Part shown: piece after piece, positions 52,608 to 62,504 of the stretch
How the letters are laid out: the number at the start of each line of letters is the position of its first letter
Numbering within the stretch: the stretch's first letter is position 1
Assembly (NCBI GenBank): GCA_963713045.1
Contig: CAVQKE010000004.1
Location: forward strand, 224,001-288,000
Reading direction: 5' to 3'
Source of the DNA: an uncultured delta proteobacterium
GTDB taxonomy: Bacteria; Myxococcota; Myxococcia; Myxococcales; Myxococcaceae
DNA length: 64,000 nt
Program-made: the position numbers and the translations under genes
The notes under the pieces: generated by a model
What the model saw: the letters and a program-made list of their open reading frames with translations, nothing else
Database searches by the model: none
What the model was told of the DNA's origin: nothing

Positions 52608-53632
52608 CGAAGGCCCCCTTGGCGGGTGAGCGCCACCAACCCCGCCAGGCGCTCCCGTGCAGCACCGGAGTCAATGGACTGGGCCGCCTGGAGGACGCCC
52701 TCGGCCAGCGAGTCGGCGGCCCCGGCCACCCAAAGGGCGGCCCCCGCGTTGAGAAGCACCGCTTGCCGCAGAGGGCCAGGCGCGCCGCCCAGCAGGTGGG
52801 CCAGCTGCTTCGCATTCTCCTCCGGCTCCCCGCCTCGCAAGGCCTCAGGGGAAATGCGCTCGAGGCCGGCGTCTTCTGGGGTGAGGGTGAGCTCTCGCAC
52901 CGTTCCATCCTGCACCCAGGCGGCGCGCGTCGCCGCGCAAGGAGACACTTCGTCCAGCCCGTCCTCGCCATGCACCACCAGAGCGCGCTCAGTGCCGAGG
53001 TGGCACAGCGTCCAGGCCACCACCGGCACCAGTCCGGGAGCATAGACGCCCAACAACTGCCGCGAGGCTCGCGCCGGGTTGGCCAAGGGCCCCAACAGGT
53101 TGAAAACGCTTCGAATCCCAACCTCGCGGCGTGCCGCCGCCACGTGGCGCATCGCCCGGTGAAGCAGCGGGGCAAAGAGAAACCCAATCTGCAGCTCCGC
53201 CAGGCAGCGCTCCACCACCGGCACCGGCGCCTCCACGTCAACACCGGAAGCGGCCAGCACGTCGGCGCTTCCGCTGCGGGAAGACACGCTGCGGTTGCCG
53301 TGCTTGGCCACCGTCACTTGGCCGGTGCCGGCGGCCACCAGCGCGGCCGCGGTGGAGAGGTTGAAGGTGCCGGCCCCATCCCCCCCGGTGCCACAGGTGT
53401 CCAGTACCAGGCGGTTCGGGGGAACGCGCACCGGCGTCGCCCGGCGGCGCATGACGGCCGCCGCTGCCGCAATCTCCTCCGGCGTCTCCCCCTTCATCCG
53501 AAAGGCAACCAGGAAGGCGCCGAGGATGGCGGGGGTGGCCTCCCCGGCAAAAATACTCTCGAAGGAGGCTTCCACTTCCGCCGGGGAGAGATTGCGTCGC
53601 TCCACCAGTTTTTCGATGGCCTGCTTCAGCAC
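52604..53632 (-). CDS. trpD: Anthranilate phosphoribosyltransferase
   Basis: GTG 53632; DTCGTGGDG, FNLST, AKHGNRSVSSRSGSAD, FNLLGPLANP, GLDE. Confidence 0.97.
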   Translation of the reverse strand: MLKQAIEKLVERRNLSPAEVEASFESIFAGEATPAILGAFLVAFRMKGETPEEIAAAAAVMRRRATPVRVPPNRLVLDTCGTGGDGAGTFNLSTAAALVAAGTGQVTVAKHGNRSVSSRSGSADVLAASGVDVEAPVPVVERCLAELQIGFLFAPLLHRAMRHVAAARREVGIRSVFNLLGPLANPARASRQLLGVYAPGLVPVVAWTLCHLGTERALVVHGEDGLDEVSPCAATRAAWVQDGTVRELTLTPEDAGLERISPEALRGGEPEENAKQLAHLLGGAPGPLRQAVLLNAGAALWVAGAADSLAEGVLQAAQSIDSGAARERLAGLVALTRQGGLR

Positions 53633-54201
53633 AGGCGCCCCTCCAGAAAATTCTTCAGAAGTCGTGGCCCCTCGGGGGTGAGGATGGATTCCGGATGGAA
53701 TTGCACGCCCACCGTGGGGTGGCGGCGGTGGCGGAGCGCCATCACTTCGCCGTCGTCCACCGCGAAGGCGGTCGCCTCGAGGTCTGCCGGCAGGCTGAGT
53801 GCGTCCACCACCAGCGAGTGGTAGCGGCCCACCACCACGTCGGCCCCGAGGCCACTGAAGAGACCCGTTCCCCGGTGACGGAGGACCGAGGTTTTTCCGT
53901 GCATCACGCTCCGCGCCCGCCGCACCGTCCCCCCGAAAGCGTGGGCAATGGACTGGTGACCGAGGCACACGCCGAGGATGGGAATGCTGCCGGAGAGGCT
54001 CTGCACCAGCGGCACCGAGATGCCTGCCTCCTTGGGGGTACAGGGCCCGGGACTGAGCACCACCGCCTGGGGGGCGCGTGCGCGGACCCCAGCCACGTCG
54101 ATGGCGTCGTTTCGGTGGACTTCCAGCTGTGCGCCCAACTCCGCGAAGGCCTGCACCAGGTTGAAGGTGAAAGAGTCGTAGTTGTCGATGACCAGAATCA
54201 A
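53626..54201 (-). CDS. trpG: Anthranilate synthase component II (glutamine amidotransferase)
   Basis: TTG start; IDNYDSFT, SPGPCTP, GVCLGHQ, RYHSL, QFHPES. Confidence 0.96.
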   Translation of the reverse strand: MILVIDNYDSFTFNLVQAFAELGAQLEVHRNDAIDVAGVRARAPQAVVLSPGPCTPKEAGISVPLVQSLSGSIPILGVCLGHQSIAHAFGGTVRRARSVMHGKTSVLRHRGTGLFSGLGADVVVGRYHSLVVDALSLPADLEATAFAVDDGEVMALRHRRHPTVGVQFHPESILTPEGPRLLKNFLEGRLC

Positions 54202-55658
54202 CCCTCGCCTCCGTCGGCTTGAAGCGCGACGAGCGCGGCGCGCAGCTTGTAGACCGTTTCCTCGTACTCCGCCGCGGGCTGGCTGTCGTAGACGATGCCC
54301 GCGCCGGCTTGAAGTCGCAGGGTCGAGCCGCTCAGCGCCACGCTGCGGATGGCGATGGCCAGGTCCATGTCGCCGTCGAAGCCCACGTAGCCAGCGGCTC
54401 CCGCGTAGGGCCCGCGGCTACAGGGCTCGAGCTCGTCAATAATTTGCAGGGCCCGGACTTTCTGTGCCCCGCTCACCGTGCCCGCCGGAAAAGACGCGGC
54501 CAGCACGTCGAACGCGTCCTTGCCTTCGAGGAGCCGTCCGGACACCTGCGATACCAGGTGCATCACGTGGCTGTACCGTTCCACGATTTCTCGCTCTTCG
54601 ACGCGCACCGTGCCCGGGCGACTAACCCGTCCAACGTCGTTTCGCCCCAAGTCGACCAACATGATGTGCTCGGCCCTCTCCTTGGGGTCGGCCCGCAGCT
54701 CGACTTCGAGCTGGTTGTCGGCGTCGAGGGTCGCCCCGCGCGGCCGCGTGCCGGCGATGGGGCGTACCGTCACCGTCTCTGCCTGCAGCCGCACCAGCAG
54801 CTCCGGCGAAGCCCCAGCCAAAGCCCGCTCCGCGAATTGAAGGAAGAAGAGGTAGGGCGTCGGGGAAACGGTGCGCAGTGCCCGGTAGAGTTGAAACGGC
54901 GGCCCTCGGTAGTCGGCGGTCAACCGTCGCGACAGCACCACCTGCATGCAGTCTCCGGCGGCAATGTATTCTCGGGCACGCGCCACTGCGGCTTCGAAGT
55001 CCGCGCGGCCCCAGCCATCCTCGAGTTGGCCCAACGCTGAAAAACTGGCCTGCCGCGGCAGCGGCTGCTGCAGGGCTTCCGCCAGGATGTCCGCCTCTTG
55101 CACCGCGGCCCGGTAGGCTGCCTCGACGGTGGGGAAGGCCGGCACCTGGACCGAGGCCCAGACCCGGAGGCGGTGCGCGAGATTGTCGAACACCACCACC
55201 CGTTGGCACAGCATCCATTCGCCGTCTGGGAAGAGGGGGTCCGGCCCATGGCGCTGCGGGACGTGGGGCTCGAACCAGCGCACCGCGCCAGAACCGAGGT
55301 AGCCGACCAGGCCGCCCACGAAGGGCGGTGCCCCTTCGGGACGGGCGAAGCGCGACCGGCCAAGCAGTCGGCGCAGTGCCTCCAATGGGCGGTCCTCCTC
55401 GGTGGCGGTTGTCCGTCCGGCTTCCTCGACTGTCACCCGGGAGCCTGACTGGCGGACGAGCGCCACCGGAGAGTCTCCGAGGAAGGAGAAGCGACCCCAG
55501 CGTTCGACCCCTTGCAGCGACTCCAACAAGAAGGAGTGCTTCGGGTGAGGAAGTTTGAGGAAGGCCGAGACGGGCGTCTCGGTGTCTGCAGGCAAGTCCC
55601 GCCACACCGGAACCAAGTCTCCCCGCCTCGCCAGTCGCTCAAAGCTGGCCAAACTCAT
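54198..55658 (-). CDS. trpE: Anthranilate synthase component I
   Basis: DTETP, LLES, QVVLS, SPELL, PIAGT, KERAEHIMLVDLGRND, HVMHLVS, FPAGTVSGA, AGAGIV; start may lie slightly upstream. Confidence 0.95.
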   Translation of the reverse strand: MSLASFERLARRGDLVPVWRDLPADTETPVSAFLKLPHPKHSFLLESLQGVERWGRFSFLGDSPVALVRQSGSRVTVEEAGRTTATEEDRPLEALRRLLGRSRFARPEGAPPFVGGLVGYLGSGAVRWFEPHVPQRHGPDPLFPDGEWMLCQRVVVFDNLAHRLRVWASVQVPAFPTVEAAYRAAVQEADILAEALQQPLPRQASFSALGQLEDGWGRADFEAAVARAREYIAAGDCMQVVLSRRLTADYRGPPFQLYRALRTVSPTPYLFFLQFAERALAGASPELLVRLQAETVTVRPIAGTRPRGATLDADNQLEVELRADPKERAEHIMLVDLGRNDVGRVSRPGTVRVEEREIVERYSHVMHLVSQVSGRLLEGKDAFDVLAASFPAGTVSGAQKVRALQIIDELEPCSRGPYAGAAGYVGFDGDMDLAIAIRSVALSGSTLRLQAGAGIVYDSQPAAEYEETVYKLRAALVALQADGGEG

Positions 55659-55880
55659 CCGGAGGTCGCTGAGCGAGGGCACGGCGGGGGAAGCTTTAAC
55701 AGCAGCGGCTCGGGTTTCCGAGGGGAGGACCCGTTTGTTGCTGGGCTTTGACGACCAGGCGGCCGTCCCTCGGAGGCGGGTGCGCCCTCGGAAAGGGACC
55801 GCGGCCCCGCCGGTGCGCAGTCCGACGAAACCGGAGTAGGGTGCCTTCCGGTGACGGGGGAGCAAGCCCCAGCCGCGGCG

Positions 55881-57005
55881 ATGATTATCCTCTTAGAACC
55901 GGACAGCAGCGAAGAAGTCCTCGCGGCAGTCGTCAAGCACGCCGCGAACTACCCCGGGATTCAAACGCGCAGGCACGTCATCCGCGGCTCGGAGCACACC
56001 GTCTCTGAGGTGTACCTCTTGGGAGACACCAAAAGCATTCCACTGGAGGGCTTCGAGCAAATTCCTGGGGTCCGCCGGGTGGTCCGAGTTGCGGCGAAGT
56101 ACCGCATCATCGGCCGCCACGGAGTGGCAGCGGACTCGGTTGGCTTTGAATACAACGGCATCCGTTTTGACGAGCGGCAAGTCCACCTGTTTGCCGGGTT
56201 GTGCGCGGTGGACACCTTGCAGAACGTCGAGACCACGTCCCGCGCGTTGCACGCGGCGGGGATTCGCACCACCCGGATGGGGGTCTACAAGCCCCGCACC
56301 AGCCCCTACGACTTTCAGGGACTCGGCGCCCCCTGCCTTCCGTGGGTCTTTGAAATTGCCGGAAAATTCGGCATCCGCGTCATCGCCATGGAGGTCACCG
56401 ACCCGCGCCATCTGGACGAGATTGTTCGGGCGCTGGAAGAGGCTGGCCGACCGACCGGCGTCATGCTGCAGGTGGGAACGCGCAACGCGCAGAACTTCGA
56501 GCTGCTCAAACGGCTCGGACAGCAGCAGGAGTTTCCGGTGCTTTACAAACGGGGCATGGGCATCAGCCTCGAGGAGTCGCTCAACGCCTGTGAATACATC
56601 GCCAGCGAGGGCAACCCGCGGATTGTCTTCTGTTTGCGCGGGGTGAAGACGCACCTCGGCGACCCGCACCGCAACCTGGTGGACTTTGCCCATGTCCCGG
56701 TGGTCCGTCGCCTGACGCGCCTCCCGGTGTGTGTGGACCCGTCCCATGCGACCGGCCGGCTCGACCTGGACCCGGAGGGCATCCCGGAGATTTTTCACGC
56801 CATCGGCCAAGGCGTCATCGGTGGTGCGGCCATGGTGCTGGTCGACTTTCACCCCGACCCCAAGACGGCCCTCTGTGATGGGCCTCAGGCACTGACGTTG
56901 GAGCAACTTCCCGTCCTGGCGGCCTACACCGGACGGGTGCGTGCAGCCTACGAGGAAGCCCGTCAGCTCTTCGTCGCGCCAGCGCGAGAAGCTCGCTCCG
57001 CCTAG
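55881..57005 (+). CDS. Second DAHP synthase, type I-beta, divergent from the trp operon
   Basis: FAGLCAVD, YKPRTSPYDFQG, QVGTRNAQNF, YKRG, DPSH, CDGPQAL. Confidence 0.9.
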   Translation: MIILLEPDSSEEVLAAVVKHAANYPGIQTRRHVIRGSEHTVSEVYLLGDTKSIPLEGFEQIPGVRRVVRVAAKYRIIGRHGVAADSVGFEYNGIRFDERQVHLFAGLCAVDTLQNVETTSRALHAAGIRTTRMGVYKPRTSPYDFQGLGAPCLPWVFEIAGKFGIRVIAMEVTDPRHLDEIVRALEEAGRPTGVMLQVGTRNAQNFELLKRLGQQQEFPVLYKRGMGISLEESLNACEYIASEGNPRIVFCLRGVKTHLGDPHRNLVDFAHVPVVRRLTRLPVCVDPSHATGRLDLDPEGIPEIFHAIGQGVIGGAAMVLVDFHPDPKTALCDGPQALTLEQLPVLAAYTGRVRAAYEEARQLFVAPAREARSA

Positions 57006-57023
57006 CCCTGCTGCCGGCCGCGC

Positions 57024-57341
57024 TCAGCGGTGCTTGTCGAGGTCGGCCAGGGGGATGTCGGGGTTGAGGAAGTGGGTGAACTTTTCGGTCAAATACTTCT
57101 TGGCCTGACCGCGAAAGAGCATTCCCGGGTCCGAGGCCTCTCCCCCCACCTGCGTGTCGGTGACCCGCAGCGTGGCGACGAGGTGCATCCCCAAGACCCT
57201 TCCATTGAGTTGAGCCTCGTCGCCATTCCACGTTGACTGGATGCCGTGGTGACTCCAGGCCTCGGTCAGCTTCTGGATGCGCGCCCGGGCCTCGGCCCGC
57301 GGCAGCGCGTGGGATACGTGGAACTCCAACGTCTTTGCCAT
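57024..57341 (-). CDS. Polyhydroxyalkanoic-acid-system (PHA_gran_rgn)-like small protein
   Basis: SD upstream; FHVSHALPRAEARARI...W.GD pattern, 105 aa. Confidence 0.7.
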   Translation of the reverse strand: MAKTLEFHVSHALPRAEARARIQKLTEAWSHHGIQSTWNGDEAQLNGRVLGMHLVATLRVTDTQVGGEASDPGMLFRGQAKKYLTEKFTHFLNPDIPLADLDKHR

Positions 57342-57584
57342 CCTTCCCCCTTCTCCCTGTGTCGCTAGGTTACGCCCGAAGCCGCGTGCGCGGCAGCGGC
57401 AAATGAACAGCCCTCGCCCAGCGCTGCCGGTCCGGCCCGAGGTCCACGCCGTGGTTTCATCCGGCTGGACGTTGCCAACGCGGCCCGCGCGGGGAAAGGG
57501 CGGTGGTTCCGACGGGGGTGACCGGTGTGGGGTCCGGTCGGCAGGCGGCGCGCGCTGGGCCCCCCAGGCCGGCCGGGGCCGTGA

Positions 57585-58595
<1,011 letters not shown>

Positions 58596-58679
58596 AGGCC
58601 TTCCAGCGCGGCCATCCCTCTGGCGTTCGCCTTGCAGTCCTGCCGCCGGTGGCGGACACTCACCACCCCCTAGGTTCCG

Positions 58680-59066
58680 ATGAAAAAGCGGCCGCGCCGC
58701 AAGACTGCGAAACCCCCCTCAGCTCAGCCTCGAAACGCTCCCCCGGAGCCATCGTTGCTGCACTACAAGGTGGTGGAGCTGTCGACGGTGGACGAGGCAA
58801 CTCTGGAACAAGCCGTCAACGGCTGGGTGCAGCAGGGGTGGACGGTGGAGTCGGTGCACTTCGCGATGCGCGAATCCAGTAAGCGGCCGGCGATGGCCTT
58901 CGTCTTCTTTACCCGCGCTCGCCACGCCGCGCCTCTCGATGGGGCAGCAGCACAGGCCCGGTTGCACCGGTTGGCCGGGGGCGGGGCGGTGCCTTCCGCT
59001 GGCAGCTCCGAGGCGGCCTGGGACCGGCTTGCCCAGCTGGCTGCCTCCGGTGAGCCTGAGACATGA
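58680..59066 (+). CDS. DUF4177-like domain protein
   Basis: YKVVEL...LEQAVN.W.QQGW.V pattern. Confidence 0.7.
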   Translation: MKKRPRRKTAKPPSAQPRNAPPEPSLLHYKVVELSTVDEATLEQAVNGWVQQGWTVESVHFAMRESSKRPAMAFVFFTRARHAAPLDGAAAQARLHRLAGGGAVPSAGSSEAAWDRLAQLAASGEPET

Positions 59067-59677
59067 GCACCTGGGGCGCCAAGCCAGAAGGCCGGCGGCT
59101 GCAGCTTGTGCCGACCGAGGGTTCGCCGGAGTCGCCCTACCCACGTTGCTCGCGCGTGCTAAGGGCGTTTGCCCGGGCGGCGGACCTGGGGGTGACGTAT
59201 GCGCTGACGCTGGCCGCCGGGCGGGCGGGGCTGGTGGTGGGGCTGCTCTACCTGCTGTTGGCCGACGGCCTCTTTCACGGCCAGAGCCCGGGGAAACGCA
59301 TCTTCGGCGTCCGCGCCGTCTTTCTCCCGCTGCGCACCGGCGCACGCTTCCGTGACAGCACCCTGCGCAACGCACCGCTGGCGCTGGTGCTGCTGCTGCG
59401 GATGATGCCCGAGCCACTCGGGCTGAGAGCCTTCCTCGGGGGTTTGGTGGTCATCGGCGGCGTCGAGGCCTGGAAGTCCCTTTGGGACCCGCTCGGGCGG
59501 CGCTTCGGCGACGTGTGGGCCCAAACCCAGGTGGTGGACGGCAAAGTCGCCTCTGGAACCGCGGACGAGGCGGCGCCGTCGAGCGTGGCCGTCGGCCCCG
59601 GGCGTTGGATGAGCAGGACCGGGGAGGGACGCACCACGCGTTTCCGGAGGAGGCAACCCGCTTGCGCATCGCGCTGA
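59063..59677 (+). CDS. RDD family membrane protein
   Basis: RAFARAAD, GQSPGKRIFG.R, LRN, GRRFGDVWAQTQVV. Confidence 0.88.
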   Translation: MSTWGAKPEGRRLQLVPTEGSPESPYPRCSRVLRAFARAADLGVTYALTLAAGRAGLVVGLLYLLLADGLFHGQSPGKRIFGVRAVFLPLRTGARFRDSTLRNAPLALVLLLRMMPEPLGLRAFLGGLVVIGGVEAWKSLWDPLGRRFGDVWAQTQVVDGKVASGTADEAAPSSVAVGPGRWMSRTGEGRTTRFRRRQPACASR

Positions 59678-61794
59678 CGTACAACTTGCGACTGTCGGAC
59701 TCCGAAGAGGAGGCTGAGTTCGACAGCGTCGAGACGGTGAATACCCTGGCCAACGCCATCGAGCGGCTTGGTCACCGTCTGGAGCGGGTCGAAGTCTCTG
59801 GGCCCGCCTCGCGCATTGTCGCCCGGTTGGAGGCCTACAGCCCCGACCTCATCTTCAACACCGCCGAAGGCCGGCGGGGCCGCTTTCGCGAGGCCTTCTA
59901 CCCGGCGCTGTTTGATGAGTTGGGCATCCCCTACACCGGTTCGGACGCCTACGCCCTGGCAGTCACCCTGGACAAGCAGCTCACCAAACTCATGCTCCGT
60001 GAGCACGGCGTACGGACGCCGGGGTGGCAGTACGTCGAGCATCCGGAGGAGCTCAACCCCCGGGCGCTCCGCTTTCCGGTCATCGTCAAGCCCAACTTCG
60101 AAGGCTCCTCCAAGGGCATTACCCAAGACTCGGTGGCCGAAACCGTCGAAGCCCTCGAGCGCAAGTGCGCCTTTGCCCTGGAGCGCTACCCGGCGGGCGT
60201 TCTGGTGGAGGAGTACATCGTCGGCCGGGACATCACCGTGCCGTACCTGGCCGCGGTTCAAAACGACTTCGGCGGAGTGCTGTCGCCGGTGGAGTACCTC
60301 ATCGACCCGAAGCTGGCGGGCGAGCGCAAGTACGACATCTACGACTACGCGCTGAAGACGACTCACACCCAAGCGGTGACGGTGCGGGCGCCGGCGCAGC
60401 TGAGTGCCGCCATGAGTGATGAGTTGCGGGAGACGGCCCGCAAGATTTTTCGGGTCTGCGACTGCCACGACCTGGGCCGCCTTGACTTCCGGGTGAGCGA
60501 TGCGGGGGTGCCGCACTTTCTGGAAATCAACGCCCTCCCCAGCCTCGAACCGGGGGCCGGCATTTATGTGGCCGCCGAGCTGGAGGGGCTGCATCTGGAC
60601 CGCGTCATCGACTCCATCATCGAGAGCGCGGCCAAGCGCAATGGAATTAAGGACAGCCCACGGCGGCAGGGAAAGCCCACCCGGAAGTCCGGGCCGCTGC
60701 GCGTTGGTTTCGCCTACAACGTGAAGCGCATCAAACCCACCGCCGACGCCCAACAGGACAGCGAGGCCGAGTACGACGCGCCGAGTACGCTGCAGGCCAT
60801 TCGCGAGGCCATCGCCTCCTACGGCCACGAGGTGATTGACCTCGAGGCCAACCAGGAGCTGCCCACCGTCCTGGCGGTGACGCCCATCGACTTGGTCTTC
60901 AACATTGCCGAGGGCTTCAAGGGACGCAACCGCGAGAGTCAAGTCCCCGCGCTGCTCGAGCTGCTCGACATTCCGTACACCGGCTCGGATCCAGCCACGC
61001 TGTCCATCGCCTTGGACAAGGCCCTGGCCAAGCGCATTGTCCGGCAACACAACATCCACACTCCCAATTTTCAGCTGATGGTGACCGGTAAGGAGCGTCT
61101 CAGTCGGGAATTTGGGCGTTTCCCGCTGCTGGCCAAACCGGTGGCCGAGGGCTCGAGCAAGGGGGTGGTGTCGAGCAGCGTCTGTCACAGCGAGTTGGAG
61201 CTGCGGGAGGTGGTGCGCGACATCGCCGGCAAGTACCAGCAGCCGGTGCTGGTGGAGGAGTACATCTCCGGGCGGGAATTCACCGTCGGACTCCTCGGAG
61301 AGCGACGTCCGAAAGTGCTTCCGCCGATGGAGATTGTGTTTCTCGACGAGACTGAGAAGACGCCGGTGTACAGCTTCCAGCACAAGCTCGACTGGAACGA
61401 CCGCATCCGCTACGACGTCCCGGCGCGATTGGAGCCCAACCTGCTCGAGAAGCTGCGGACCGCGGCGCGGGCCGCCTTCATGGCGCTCGGCTGCCGCGAC
61501 GTCGCCCGCATCGACTTCCGGATGGACGAGAAGGGAAGGGTGTACTTCATCGAGTGCAACCCGCTTCCCGGCCTCACGCCGGGCTGGAGCGACCTGGTCC
61601 TCATCGCCCAGGGCGCGGGAATGGACTACCGGACCCTGATTGGCGAAATTCTGTCCGGGGCCATCCGCCGCTACAAAGAGCGTGAGCAGCGCAAGGCGGC
61701 AGACCGAGAGGGGCCGGCTGTCTCCAACGGCAACGGCCACGGCAGCCCCTCCACGGTGGAGCTGAGCGCAGAGGCCCGGGAAGGAAAGGGCTAG
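59662..61794 (+). CDS. Tandem double ATP-grasp protein of the D-alanine--D-alanine ligase family
   Basis: TTG 59662 with SD GGAGGAGG; two complete modules, each with FNxAEG, IPYTGSD, LDK, KP.xEGSSKG, VEEYI.GR, R.DFR, E.N.LP. Confidence 0.9.
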   Translation: MRIALTYNLRLSDSEEEAEFDSVETVNTLANAIERLGHRLERVEVSGPASRIVARLEAYSPDLIFNTAEGRRGRFREAFYPALFDELGIPYTGSDAYALAVTLDKQLTKLMLREHGVRTPGWQYVEHPEELNPRALRFPVIVKPNFEGSSKGITQDSVAETVEALERKCAFALERYPAGVLVEEYIVGRDITVPYLAAVQNDFGGVLSPVEYLIDPKLAGERKYDIYDYALKTTHTQAVTVRAPAQLSAAMSDELRETARKIFRVCDCHDLGRLDFRVSDAGVPHFLEINALPSLEPGAGIYVAAELEGLHLDRVIDSIIESAAKRNGIKDSPRRQGKPTRKSGPLRVGFAYNVKRIKPTADAQQDSEAEYDAPSTLQAIREAIASYGHEVIDLEANQELPTVLAVTPIDLVFNIAEGFKGRNRESQVPALLELLDIPYTGSDPATLSIALDKALAKRIVRQHNIHTPNFQLMVTGKERLSREFGRFPLLAKPVAEGSSKGVVSSSVCHSELELREVVRDIAGKYQQPVLVEEYISGREFTVGLLGERRPKVLPPMEIVFLDETEKTPVYSFQHKLDWNDRIRYDVPARLEPNLLEKLRTAARAAFMALGCRDVARIDFRMDEKGRVYFIECNPLPGLTPGWSDLVLIAQGAGMDYRTLIGEILSGAIRRYKEREQRKAADREGPAVSNGNGHGSPSTVELSAEAREGKG

Positions 61795-61802
61795 CGTCAC
61801 CC

Positions 61803-62504
61803 ATGCCAGTCGCCCCAAGCCCACGGCGCAGGCCCCCCCGGCGCCACGGGGCGGCGCGGGGCAAGGGCGGCCGCTACCACCACGGCGACTTACGGCGCGC
61901 GCTGCTTGACGCGGCGCTGGCGGTCCTCACCGAGGCCGATGCGCGAGCCCTCACCCTCCGGGAGGTGGCCCGCCGGGCCGGCGTCACCCATGCCGCCCCC
62001 TACCGGCACTTCACCGACAAGGACGCCCTGTTGGCCGCGGTGGCGGAGGAGGGCTTTCGGACGCTGACCGAGGTGATGCGCATCTCGATGAATTCCGCCG
62101 GCCAGGACCCGGTGGAGCGCCTGGAGGCGCTGGCCGTCGGCTACGTCCGCTTTGCGCTGGCGCACCCGGCCCACTTCGAGGTGATGTTTTCTTTGGAGCT
62201 GCCCTGGGAGCAGGAGCGGTATCCGCCCCTGCATGAGGCGGCCGACGCCACCTTCGGGCTGTTGCTGGACTCGGTCCAGACCGCGCAGGCGGCAGGCGAG
62301 CTGCGCGGGGACCAGCCACTGTCCTTTGGCCTGTTGTGCTGGTCGATGGTGCACGGCCTGGCCACGCTGTTGGTGCATGGGAATTTCAAGCACGTGGAGA
62401 AAGCCTTGCCGGCCTCGCCGGAGGAACTCGCCCGGCAGATGGCGAGAGACTTGACGCGCGGCATGCGGACGAGCAGCTACGGTGGTCCCGTGGCCAATGA
62501 ATGA
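61803..62504 (+). CDS. TetR/AcrR family transcriptional regulator (WHG-type C-terminal domain)
   Basis: YHHGDLRRALL, TLREVARRAGVTHAAPYRHF, WSMVHGLA. Confidence 0.95.
   Translation: MPVAPSPRRRPPRRHGAARGKGGRYHHGDLRRALLDAALAVLTEADARALTLREVARRAGVTHAAPYRHFTDKDALLAAVAEEGFRTLTEVMRISMNSAGQDPVERLEALAVGYVRFALAHPAHFEVMFSLELPWEQERYPPLHEAADATFGLLLDSVQTAQAAGELRGDQPLSFGLLCWSMVHGLATLLVHGNFKHVEKALPASPEELARQMARDLTRGMRTSSYGGPVANE

Noticed and set aside
55660..55880. Classical trpL attenuator or T-box upstream of trpE
   Set aside because: No short ORF with tandem Trp codons, no U-rich terminator and no T-box GGTGGnACCGCG consensus
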